A stretch of 64,000 bases of DNA, taken from contig NC_068983.1 of the NCBI RefSeq assembly GCF_001194135.2, positions 16,977,567-17,041,566 of the forward strand. The letters run 5' to 3'. Origin of the DNA: Octopus bimaculoides (Eukaryota). Positions 24,769 through 37,611 of this stretch are shown here, one piece after another. The translations under genes and the position numbers were made by a program. Below the pieces are notes generated by a model that saw nothing but the letters and a program-made list of their open reading frames with translations, searched no databases and was not told where the DNA came from. Position 1 is the first letter of the stretch. Every line of letters begins with the position of its first letter.

Positions 24769-27700
24769 CATACATACGGTNNNNNNNNNNNNNNNNNNNN
24801 NNNNNNNNNNNNNNNNNNNNNNNNNNNNNNNNNNNNNNNNNNNNNNNNNNNNNNNNNNNNNNNNNNNNNNNNNNNNNNNNNNNNNNNNNNNNNNNNNNNN
24901 NNNNNNNNNNNNNNNNNNNNNNNNNNNNNNNNNNNNNNNNNNNNNNNNNNNNNNNNNNNNNNNNNNNNNNNNNNNNNNNNNNNNNNNNNNNNNNNNNNNN
25001 NNNNNNNNNNNNNATACATACGGTTGAGGGAACCCGTGGAAGAGGTAGGCCCAGGAAGACCTGTGGTGAGGCAAGACCTTCGTACATTTGGGCCTCACCG
25101 AGGCGATGACTACTGACCGAGACCTTTGGAAATGTGCTGTGCGTGAGAAGACCCGGCAAGCCAAGTAAGATCGTTGCCAGTGCCCCTGGACTGGTTCTTG
25201 TGCGGGTGGCACATGAGATGCACCATTTTGAGCGTGGCCGTTTTCGTGCGGGTGACACGTAAAAGCGCCCACTACACTCTCTGAGTGGTTGGCGTTAGGA
25301 AGGGCATCCAGCTGTAGAAACTCTGCCAAATCAGACTGGAGCCTGGTGTTGCCATCCGGTTTCACCAGTCCTCAGTCAAATCGTCCAACCCATGCTAGCA
25401 TGGAAAGCGGACGTTAAACGATGATGATGATATATATATACTGTCAAGCTTATCTTTGAGTTTCAATACCCAGTTACTCTTTTCCTTTCTTACTCTCATT
25501 GTTCTGGACGGCTGATGTAACTAAGGATGATAGATCTCTTTTGTTCACCATACATTGCTTCCAGTGTAACCAGGAATGCCACAGGACCTGTCTTTCTTTC
25601 TCTCTCTCCAAAATTCCATCCATCTGTTTCTGATTCTAATCACCCTAGTTCTCTTGCCTATCTGAAAAGGGACCTCATTACATATTCATATACTCCTAAA
25701 TCCTACTTATAATCCCCTACTTAACCATTTGGCATTAATATCTATCTTTCACTCTCACCCTGTATCACCTCTTGCTATCCCTCAAGCCTCTCACTATTAG
25801 TCTTTCTAATGTTGGTCTCAGGAAAAAATGCAACCAGTACACTGCAAATGATTGGTGTTAGGAAGGTATGAAAACAAATGAAGTATGATCTTCCAACTCA
25901 TTTGGAAGGGTAGTAATGCCATCCAATCCATGTTAGCATAGAAAGTGGATATTTTCTCTTTTCCAACTGGGGTAACCACATATTTCCCACTGCAAGACAC
26001 TTGTTTATGTTCCTCTATCATATGTTAAACCAATGGTTTCCAACCCATTTATTTAAATCAGTTTTTCCATGCACCCCTTTTAATATGCTTATCCTTATGT
26101 ATGTGTCATCATCATCATCGTTTAACGTCTGCTTTCCATGCTAGCATGGGTTGGACGATTTGACTGGTGAAACCGGATGGCAACACCAGGCTCCAATCTG
26201 ATTTGACAGAGTTTCTACAGCTGGATGCCCTTCCTGACGCCAACCACTCAGAGAGTGTAGTGGGTGCTTTTACGTGTCACCTGCACGAAGGCCAGTACCG
26301 CCTGACTGGACTTCGTGCGGGTGACACTTAAAAGCACCCACATATGAAATTTTGAATTTAGTTCAGACTTCCAGTACTACCTTTGCAGACCACCAGGGGT
26401 CCACAGACTCCAGGTTGGGAACCACTGTATTAAACACTCATTATCTGGCATAAACCCCCCCCCCCCTCATTACAACTCCCCTTCAGTTGAGGGCTCTTGT
26501 GAGTTACTTGGTGGCCCCATTGGTATTAGTGCCACGTAAAAAGCACCCAGTACAGTCTATAAAGTTGTTGGTATTAAAAAAGGCATTCAGCTGAAGAAAT
26601 TATACCAAAGCAGATATTAGAGCTTGGCACAATCCTCTGGCTTTCTAGCTCCGGTCAAATCATCCAACTTATGCCAGTATGTGAAGGTGCATGGCTCAGT
26701 GGTTAGAACATCAGGCTTACAATCATGAGGTAGTGAGTATGATTCCCAGACTAATGTGTGTGTTGTTCTTGAACAAGACACTTTATTTCACACTGCTCCA
26801 GTTTATTTAGCTGTAGAAATGAGTTACAATGTCACTGATGCGAAGCCGTATTGGCCTTTGCCTTTCCCTTGGATAACATTAGTGGCATGGAGAGGGGAGG
26901 CTGTTATACATGGGCGACTGCTGGTCTTCCATAAACAACCTTCCCTGGATTTGTGCCTCAGAGGGGAACTTTCTAGGTGCAATCCCATGGATATTCATGA
27001 CCAAAGGGGGTCTTTAACCATACCCTTATGCAAGCATGGAAAAACAGATGTCAAATGATGATGACCCTATACTGGTATTACAGTTTGTTTCTTAACCATA
27101 CTTTTTCAGGCTCAATCTCACTGCTACAATACCTTGAGCAAGTGTAGTCCAGGACCAAAATGTAGTCCAGCTGTGCAAATGATTATAAGCTGTGAACAGT
27201 ATATGAAAAAGTGCTGAGCCACAAGTGATGAAAATTAATATTTTCCTGTCAACAAATTACCTTCTGGCTCTGTACTTTTGAAGTTGAGTAGAATAAGAGA
27301 TTTATTACTTGATAAAACAGTTAAGAGTTTGTGACAGGAAGGGCATCGAGTTGTAAAACAATACCTTAATAATATATTCATTTGACCTATGCTAACATGG
27401 AAGAAAAGAGACTTAACCCATTACCTACCAGTGATCTCATATGAGATCACTTAAAAATTACAAATTTCGTAATTATCTGTCAATATTTACACATATCTAA
27501 CCTTTTTGCTAAATCTACTAGGTATATTTCTCTGATATTCAAATGAGGTTTGCTAATTTTTCCACCCAATATCTCGCTTATTTCTATTTAAAATGTTATT
27601 TTGATAATTCCAGCATGTTTCTAAGGCTGTTTTATGCTAGAAATCAAAGTTTCATAAAAAAATTCCAGTTAATAGAATTATGGGAGGTAATGGGTTAAAA

Positions 27701-29507
27701 GCAGTGAACAAATGAATGAACAAACACTTGCTCTACAACATAAGTGAAGAGAAGCAACAAATAAATACCTTATATCGAAGATATTCTGTTAGCATCCAAG
27801 AGAAGATTACCAAAACTGGATAACACAGGAACCAAAGCATGCAAGACTAGGAGGAAAAGACAAAAACAAAACATAAATAACATTTATTTAGTTCTAAAAA
27901 TTGATGTAGATCTTACACAATCACCCTTTTCCTAAACTCATTTGGCTTAATGTCTATCCAAATATTTGCTAAACCAAAAGAAATTACTTTTCTATAATCA
28001 TTATAACTCCAAGCTTTATCTTTATTTTATTATTAGAAAACCTCTCTGTTAAAACATTTCTCAAACTTTTATATTCTTTTCCAGATTAGCTGTGCATATT
28101 TAAGCTACTATACCCCGCCCATCTAGCATCATACTTCTGTTGTTGGGTAGAAGGGGCAGATTTTTTTAAAGCTAACAAATCAAGTGATCCCCTAAATTCA
28201 TTCAAATTATCAGTACTTCCAGAATGTGGATTAAAACAATGAGTTGAAATAATAGTATGACAGAGACACAAGGTTTCACAATTTACAAGAGAGGAATAGT
28301 TGATTATACTGCATCCAGTATTTAACTGGTACTTAATTTTATCAATCTTGGAAAGATGAAAGGCAGAGTTGACTATGACAAGATGTGAAACAATTGGGAA
28401 GGAGGAAAGAATATATCCCTTAAATTGGAGATTTGGCAACTGAGTGGATGCTGCCAAAGACAACTAAAGTACCCAGTGATCAGGTTAAATCAGGCAACAA
28501 ATTAAGTCTATCCCTCATGTAGGCCATGCCAGGATTTGAACTCAGAACAGAAAGACTCAGGGACAAATGCCACATAGTATTCTGTCTGATCTTCTTACAG
28601 TTCTGCCAATCTATAACACTGGAATGATGTTTTTATTACTGACTCTGAAAATATGGAAAGCAAAGTCGACCATGATGGGATTTGAACTTAAAGAGAAGAG
28701 AATTGAAATGAATACTGCAAGGCATTCTATCCTGCACTCTAACAATACTACCCACTGGCCACCTGCTTAAGTTACTATGACATACCTATTAATTTTCACA
28801 TTTTTCATCTTTCTTTTACTAGTTTCAGTCATTGGATTGTGCCCATGCTGGGGCACTGCCTTGAATTGATCTCAAGTACTTATTCTGTTATTCTCTTTCT
28901 GCCAAACTGCTAGGTTACAAGAACATAAACAAACCAACACCACTTATCATGCCGTGTGTGTGTGTGGGGGTGGTGGTGGTAGTAAAAACAAAGACAAACA
29001 CACAGATACACATATGTATATATGCATATATATGATGGGCTTTCCTGCCGAAGATGGCGTATGCACATTCAGCTTGTCAAATGACCTGCACAAATGATTT
29101 GTTTATAGTGATTAAATGTTCAAGCTGCACATTAGCTCACTCTCTCCATCAAATCGACATTGTCTGAGTAGGTGCACCATGTGTCAGGTGTTGAAGTTAC
29201 CGCAGAGCAATATGAAACGAGGAGTTTTGCTCAAGAACACAATGCACCACCCAATCTAGGAATTGAAATCATGAGAGCAATGCCCTAACCACTAGGCCAT
29301 GTGCCCTCACATTATATTTCTGTGTGTGTGTGTGTGTGTGGCACATAAAAGCACCCACTACACTCTCAGAGTGGTTGGCGTTAGGAAGGGCATCCAGTTG
29401 TAGAAACTCTGCCAGATCAGATTGGAGCCTGGTGCAGCCTTCTGGTTCGCCAGTCCTCAGTCAAATCGTCCAACCCATGGAAGGCGGACGTTAAACAATG
29501 ATGATGA

Positions 29508-29561
<54 letters not shown>

Positions 29562-31589
29562 CAAGTTTCTTTCAGTTTCTGCCTACGAAATCCACTCACA
29601 AGACTCTGTTCATCATGTACAAGTGCATGTTTATTCCTCATTATTTCATTTGTTTTATTCAATTTTAGAAAAATTGAAGCATGCTTTGACAAACCTGGAG
29701 CCTACTGAACTAAATTTGTGTGTGACTTTTGGTCCACCCTGTATATTTGTCATGCCATATTCTTAATGATAATACTAAAGCCTGTACTTACTTTGGTGAA
29801 TGTTGCATAAAATTCTCTTTTTAAAGCACTTCTTTCTGATTTGACAGTAGCACGGAGATTCCAAGCAAATATGGCTGCCAGCAAAATACGAAGAAATACA
29901 AGTCCTATTCCTGCATTTGTACGATGGGCATAGTACATCCGGTGCTCCTTATCTAAATATTGCTCCCAAATATATAATATTGACTAGAGATACAAAGAAG
30001 AAAAAAATACACATTAGAGCAAAATTACTTCTTTTTCAGAAAATAATGAAAGGTTAAAAGATATTAATGATGGAAAGAAATGGGAGAATTTTTAACAAAG
30101 ACTCAGGCTCACTTGCAGCGGCTAATATATATATATATATATATATACAACGACGTCGAACCCACAAGAGTTAACAAGTGAAACAGGGACAGACAGAAAC
30201 AAGAAAAATGCCCCTGGTATTTCAATACTATACAAATATGTTTTTAAAAAGACTTTTCATTTAAATTTGCCAAAATTTAATTTTTCCAAAATTTGTTATC
30301 CATATTTACTGTTGAAAAGATCTCAAGGATCGAAACCGGTACTGAAATGTCTTTTATAAAAGTATTTAAGCATTTTCTACTTTGTCTTTTTTCCATATAT
30401 ATATAATAGTCTGTCATACCGGCCATGATGAAATACCACAAGGTATAGAAAATACGTATTCGCCTTTATATATTTAATCCTTTATATTGAACACTCAATA
30501 TTTCATCTATTCAATAAGACATATTCCATATATTCAATAAGACATTCAATACTTTATTTCATTGTACCATCCATTTTTATTTTATTTTATATTATATATT
30601 CCATATTCTATATCCCACATTGGTTTGCAGGAATATAAATAAAACATAAAAAACAGACAGTGTTGGAACTCTTTTAAACAAAATAATATATTCCTCTATA
30701 CACAATCATACAAAACCCCCTTTTTTGTATTTATTTTTACTCGCATATATATATATAAATATTATATTTGAATAAAAAACTTTGTGGGATGCTGTGTAAA
30801 GCTTGTCCACAGTTTTTGGCAACCTGATGCCATCAACAGTAAAAATGTACATGCTACTGGATTTACTTCAAGAATTCCTTGGTGTCCATAGAGTTTATAT
30901 AAATAATCAGAAAATGGAATTTGTCAGATTTTTTACTCAAATCCACTACAATTGTTTCAACTCGTTCTGCACATGTAGCTCATAGGTGAGATGCTGCAAT
31001 CATCTTGCATCACAGGTGTAGAATGCATCTCCTCAGGTGAATTTTTAAACAAATACCTTGCTATTTCTCCACACCATTTTACTTAGCCATATGAAAATGT
31101 ATATCTGGGTAGTTGCTGCATTCTAGCAGTTCTCAGAAGAAACTGAGAGACAGGATGCACTTATGGTCAAAAAATAAAATACAAATAAGAAAACTAATGA
31201 ATAAAAACACAAAACATACGAGATCAAAATAAAACTGAACATACATAGATAGGATATACATGCAATCAAAACAAATAAGTAGACATACAAAAAGATGTAT
31301 CAAACAAACATCTTTATGCAGAGGCTATCTTTGTAATGATATCACTTTTGTAGTTGTTTAGCTCTAGGTCAGCCATGGTTGAGTAGACTTATGTTCAAAG
31401 CTATCCCAGCTGTGACCATCATGCTTTTTTTTTTATATAGGCGCAAGAGTGACTGTCTGGTAAACAGCTTGCTTACCAACCACATGGTCCCGGGTTCAGT
31501 CAGACTGCATGGCACCTTGGGTAAGTGCTGACCAAAGCCTTATGAGTGGATTTGGTAGACGGAAACTGAAAGAAACCTGTCGTACATAA

Positions 31590-31671
<82 letters not shown>

Positions 31672-34600
31672 GCGTCTGTGTTTGTCCCCCCAACATTGCT
31701 TGACAACCGATGCTGGTGTGTTTATGTCCCTGTAACTTAGCGGTTCAGCAAAAGAGACCGATAGAATAAGTACTAGGCTTACAAAGAATAAGTCCTAGGA
31801 TCGATTTGCTCGACTAAAGGCAGTGCTCCAGCATGGCTGCAGTCAAATGACTGAAATAAGTAAAAGAGTATATAGAAATACAGTGTATACCCGACACTAC
31901 ACTTTTGTTAGGATGGCTGAAAAATACTGAAGAGTATTTCTTTCAGCACTCAAATGGATTGTATTGCTAATATTGGAACAGATACAACTGATATAAGCAT
32001 AAAGCTAATTTAGGTTTACAGGACTTTATGACAAAGTGCTAGCCATGTAGCATAACTTTATTGTATTGTGACACAAAACTAAGTAGAATAGTCATAAACT
32101 AATGACTGACAGATTAAAGTCACTGTCTCAAACTATTAAATTGCCAGGCTAGTAAATCCCAAATTAGTGGGATTCAACCCATAAATGTATTGAAGTTAAT
32201 AACTTGTGACAGAGTGTAAGTGTCTTAAGAGAAAAATGGGGTGTAAAAGGCCTCAGAGGCAGTGTGCAAGAGGGAAGAGTGTACATGTGATGCATACAGA
32301 TGAGGACAGCTGTATAAAGAAGTGTTGATCTCTAACTGCGGAGAAAACCTGTGGAAGAGGTAGACCCAGGAAGACATGGGATGAGGTGGTGAAACATGAT
32401 CTTTGGATTTTGGGTATCACAGAGGCGATGACAGGTGACAGAGACTTTGGTGATTTGCTGTACTTGAGAAGACACATCAAACTAAGTGAAATCATATTTG
32501 TGGTCAGTGCTGGTGACACATAAAAGGCAACTGGTACACTTTGTGGAGTGGTTGGCATTAAGAAAGCATCCAGCTATAGAAACTAAACCAATACAGATTG
32601 GAGACTTGTGCAGCCCTTTGGCTCACCAGTTCCAGTTAAACTGTCTAACCCATGCCAGCTTGGAAAATGGATGCTAAATGATGATAATGATAAAGACAGC
32701 CCCAGAAGTAAGCTCACTTGCTTTGCGGAGACATTCTTGTTTTAATGGCAAACAATAGCTGATTTTATAAAATTAAAAATTTAGAAAGAACTTGAAATAA
32801 TTTACCTGAAGAACACAAAGGAGACCAACAAACTTGGCAGCAGGTTTCTTTTTAATGGTTTCAATTGGTGAGGATTTATAAGGGCTGGTTAAGGTCCAAC
32901 CAAGGGAAAGGCAAAGGAGCATATAAAGCATGGTGAATTGGGATATTACATCAACAACTAAAAAAATAAAAAAAAAATATTTGAATTACACCTTCAACTG
33001 TTTCATCTTTGAACAAACATTTACTGAATTTTAAAGCACTTTGATAACTTTTTAAATTCAGTCTATACAAACAGAAGCTTATTTCTCTAAGGTTCAATAT
33101 TTTTCACAATTGTTCTGTGCAGTATGTGTGTATAGAGTTTTAGTAATATTTTTATCACACACAAATTCAGTGAAAATTTTATATTATACAAATTAAAAAT
33201 ATTATAATAAGTGAATAATACAAATAATCTTCATATTAAAAAAAATGATAATTTTAAAGCTCAAAGACTTTTTTTTAACAATATATTAAAATTTTTTTTA
33301 TAGGTATCTACAGAAAGATGATAGCTATAAAGATTCAATAGAATTTCAAAGAATGAAAGACTATTTAAATAAATATTAGGAGTGCAAAAATATAGAAGTT
33401 GAGTAAGCAGGGATTAAACAATATAGAACATAAAGCCTAAAATAACTAATAACTACTGATTATAGAAATTTATAGAAAATGGAAATGTAATGAATATCAA
33501 TAAGGTGATAAAATGGAGGAAAAGAGTATTAGAAAACAAAAAAAAATATTGAAGCTGCCAAAAATGCAATGGTTCAAACCCACACAAGTTAACAGGTAAA
33601 TATTTATGATCATGGAGTTGAACTAAAATTGAATAATTTTAGAATTATGAACGATTTAAACTCATAAACCATGTATATTTCTTGGTTGTGGCATACAATC
33701 AAAGAATATGATGTAGATAAATAATTTTGTGACTAGAACATTTGAAAAATAAATGGGGCAAATATATATTGGGTGCAGATTGCATCAATAGCCAGCTGGA
33801 GGAGGCTCCTCCTGGGGTTAAAAACGGTAGTAATGTTGGTTCCTACAGAACAGCCAAGTTGAAGTGTAGCAATAAACATTCTCAGTATCATCTTTTATAG
33901 AATTTTTTTAACTAGCGACTTTGATTGTTATTTTCTCCAAATATCATCAGGTGGTTTCTCTGAACTAGTTTAGGAACTGAACCAGGAATATTAATTTTAT
34001 TAACATGTCTCAAGTTTTAACTACTGGCCTATTGTTCCAAAGGATATCGTGATAATGTCTAGTAACTAAAGTATAATGTACCAGATATCAGAAACAGGTG
34101 TTTAAATACACTGGAGTATTTTCTCACCAAATTACACTCTTTTACCCCATATTACTGTATTCCTTTGAGATAGCCTGCTTGTTGTTATGAAAACCTGGAT
34201 AACAAGTTTCTTGAGCAACAGATAGGTCATAGAGGAGATACTTTGGTGTCACTTTGGCATGTGATCTACAAGGGAGATTATTCTAAGACACACTTAGCAT
34301 TGTAAATGTATTTTCTCAAAATTCTTACTATTCTAATAAGAAAACCATGTTTTATTTGTGTTTTAGTAAATAGTAATAAGAGACCAAGAATGAACAATAT
34401 AATAATTAAAATAAGCACGTAGATCACCCACCAAAGTAAATTTGCTCACACAGACCACATGGCAAAGTAGCACTGACAAAGTAAACTAAAAAGTAACTTT
34501 CTTTAAATTGTAGATCACATGCCAGAGTGGCACCATTGTGATTTACAACAGCAAATTTTATTTTTGAGGTTTAACCATACAAAGAAACCTAAAAGAAATT

Positions 34601-37520
34601 GAGCAGGACTTCCTAAAACAGATTTGTTTTAAAGAATATAGAAATAATAAGAGAGGCTATTTATTTCAAGCATTTAAACTAAATTTATTTTGTAGTGTCA
34701 GTCATTTATTTTAGGTCCACTTTTCCATGCTAGCATGGGTTAGACAAAAGCGTCTTATCAAGACATTGTTTTATGGCTGATGCTCTTCCTGTTGCTAACC
34801 GTTGCTTGTTTTGCAAACAAAGGAGTTTTCATTTCACTTGCCTTTGAAAGTGCAGAGCCACTGGATGAATTATTGACAAGGAAATGCAACAAACATTCAC
34901 CCAGAAACAAACACAAGCATGTGCACACACACAATGGACTTTTGTATAGTTTTTGCCTACCAAACTCACTGACAAAGTATTGATCAGCCATGGGCTATAA
35001 AAGAACTTCCCACGGTGCCACACAGGTACTTTGGGTAAGTATATATAATTAACATATATTTTATAATAAAAAAAAATCTTGTCTTTGAGCTTTAAAACTG
35101 AAATTATTACTGAAATTTACTTCATTAAAGAATAAAAAAAAAAACCCCCAAAAAACAAACAGTCTGACCATGGCAAAGTTTTAAAATGGGAAGTTTGAAT
35201 CATTGACAATATTTTGTCTTTTAGTGTCTATCTTAATTTTGTAAACTAAATGCAATTCGAAACACAATGTCATTCTCATTTATGCTTTTATAGAAGCCAT
35301 ATAGGAAATACCAGTTCATATACTCTACTGGTACTTTGTTTTTGATCCATGCTAATTATTAAAATAAGACAATTGTGGTTGGTGCCCTACTATCAGGAGT
35401 TCAAAACTAGACAGCATATTGTACTTAGCACATCTTGTTTAGTTTGTGTTAAGTGCTGTGTTCTTTAATGGAGTAAGACATTCACTGTACAACACATGGT
35501 ATAATGTTTAATCCAACTCCGCTATAAAAAATGGTATATTTTAAAAAATACAGTTGAGTGGGAATTTATAGAGTAGTCAGCTATGAAAATAGTGAGTAAT
35601 AATATAAGAAAAAAAAATCAAAACAAATATTTACATTCAGCCAGCAATTCACAGAAAGGGAAGCCAAAACCATCTTTAGCATACCTACAGAAGGAAAATA
35701 ATGTGTGAGCCACTAGAACATTTGCTTGAAGGGAGAGGGGAAGAAGAGAGAGTATGTTAGTAGTCAGATATTATTAACTTATATCAACCAATTAGTTAGT
35801 CTGTCAAGTATACAGATATTATGCAAAAAACAAAAAAAAACAAACAATACATAAAAAAAACAGTGTGCGCGCGTGTGCATTTACATATATTTACTTCACT
35901 TAAACCCTCACTCTTCAAGCTATGTCTCTCTCTACACACAGACATATACTCCAACTTAAGGAGATGAGTGAAAGTGTGTCCCATTCTTAAGATAACCTCT
36001 CTAACACTGCCAATTATTCATCTATTGCTCTCACTTCCAACATATCCGAGGTGGAAGAAACAGTTGTAAAAAGCATGACCTTCTTTATCACCTTTGAGTT
36101 TCTCTCCCTCTCAAGTGACAACAAGTATGGTCCTTACAGAGCCAGATCTAATAGAGATCTGCTTTTCTGCATCACACTTTTGTCTCTGGGAATGTTGTAC
36201 TTGATTAAACATAGTCTTTGACAATGTCTTGCATGAGAAACTCCGAAGCTGCTCACTTTTGAGTATCTTAAAACTCTTGAAGTGTAAGTTTCTGATCAAA
36301 CTGACCATATTCTGCACTGGCAGAATTTTCTCTCTTATATTTTATAAATTCCGAGATGCCTTACAATTTGTTTATATCTTCTACATTCTTTTTTTACTGC
36401 GAGCTGGCAGAAACGTTAGCACGCCAGGCAAAATGCTTAGCGGTATTTTGTTTGTCTTTATGTTCTGAGTTCAAATTCCACCGAGGTCGATTTTGCTTTT
36501 CATCCTTTCGGGGTCAATAAATTAAGTACCAGTTGCGTACTGGAGTTGATCTAATCAACTGGCCCCATTCCCCCAAAATTCCAGGCCTTGTGCCCAGAGT
36601 AGATAAAATTCTTCTTTTACTACATTAACAATAATTATTCTTGCTGTTACTTATATAAACTACAGAAAGGATGCTACCTTCCATACCTAAACATTCTCAC
36701 ACAACCTCAGTATCTCCTTCCATACATGTAACACTTCTACAAACAAACTTTGAAAATACCTTAGAACAGAAAACCTTTTATTTGTTTCAGTCATTAGACT
36801 GTGGCCATGCTGGGGCACCACCTTAAACTTTTAGTCAAATGAATCAACTCCAGTACTTATTCTATCAGTCTCTTTTGCCAAATCACTAAATTACAAGGAT
36901 GTAAACACACCAACACCAGTTGTCAAGTGGTGGTGGGGGACAATCACAAACACACACACATATATGGATTTCTACATGATGGGCTCCTTGCAGTTTCCTT
37001 CTATCACATCCACTGACAAGGCTTTGGTCGACCTGAGACTATAGTAGAAGACACTTGCCCAAGGTGCAACACAGTGGGTCTGAACTCAGAACTATGTGGT
37101 TGGGAAAGCAACACCTGCACATCTACAAAATTGCCAAAGACTATGCTTTCAAAAGATGTTTCAGCACCAAATAGGCTGATTCATCATATTTACAGGCTGC
37201 TTTATTTTACATCAATGGTTTTCTCACTCACATCCAACCACACAAACCTTTACTCAGATGACATCAGTTTACACACCTTCCTTGCTATCAGCAGTTCAGT
37301 TTTAAAAAGTTGTCATTCCTTTACAAAGGACTGCTATATACGACACCACATATGCAATCAGCAAAATATTTTATTGTACAAAGAGCAGTAGGCCATCTTC
37401 ATTCCTTCATTTTCACCTCCATTTTTTTTACCACGCCAGTATAGGTTGGACAATATATATTGTTTTACAGCTGGGTACCCTGTCTATTATTAACCCTTAT
37501 CTATTACAGACAGAATGTAA

Positions 37521-37611
<91 letters not shown>

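Noticed and set aside
31438-31520. tRNA-like heads with A/B boxes at many positions
   Set aside because: They are SINE heads followed by family bodies, and none folds into a convincing complete cloverleaf by eye. No tRNA gene called.
36000-36330. Coding-like, GC-richer block in GPR180 intron 4
   Set aside because: Stops in the frames I translated, no splice context and no family I can recognise. Probably an old TE; a BLASTX would settle it.
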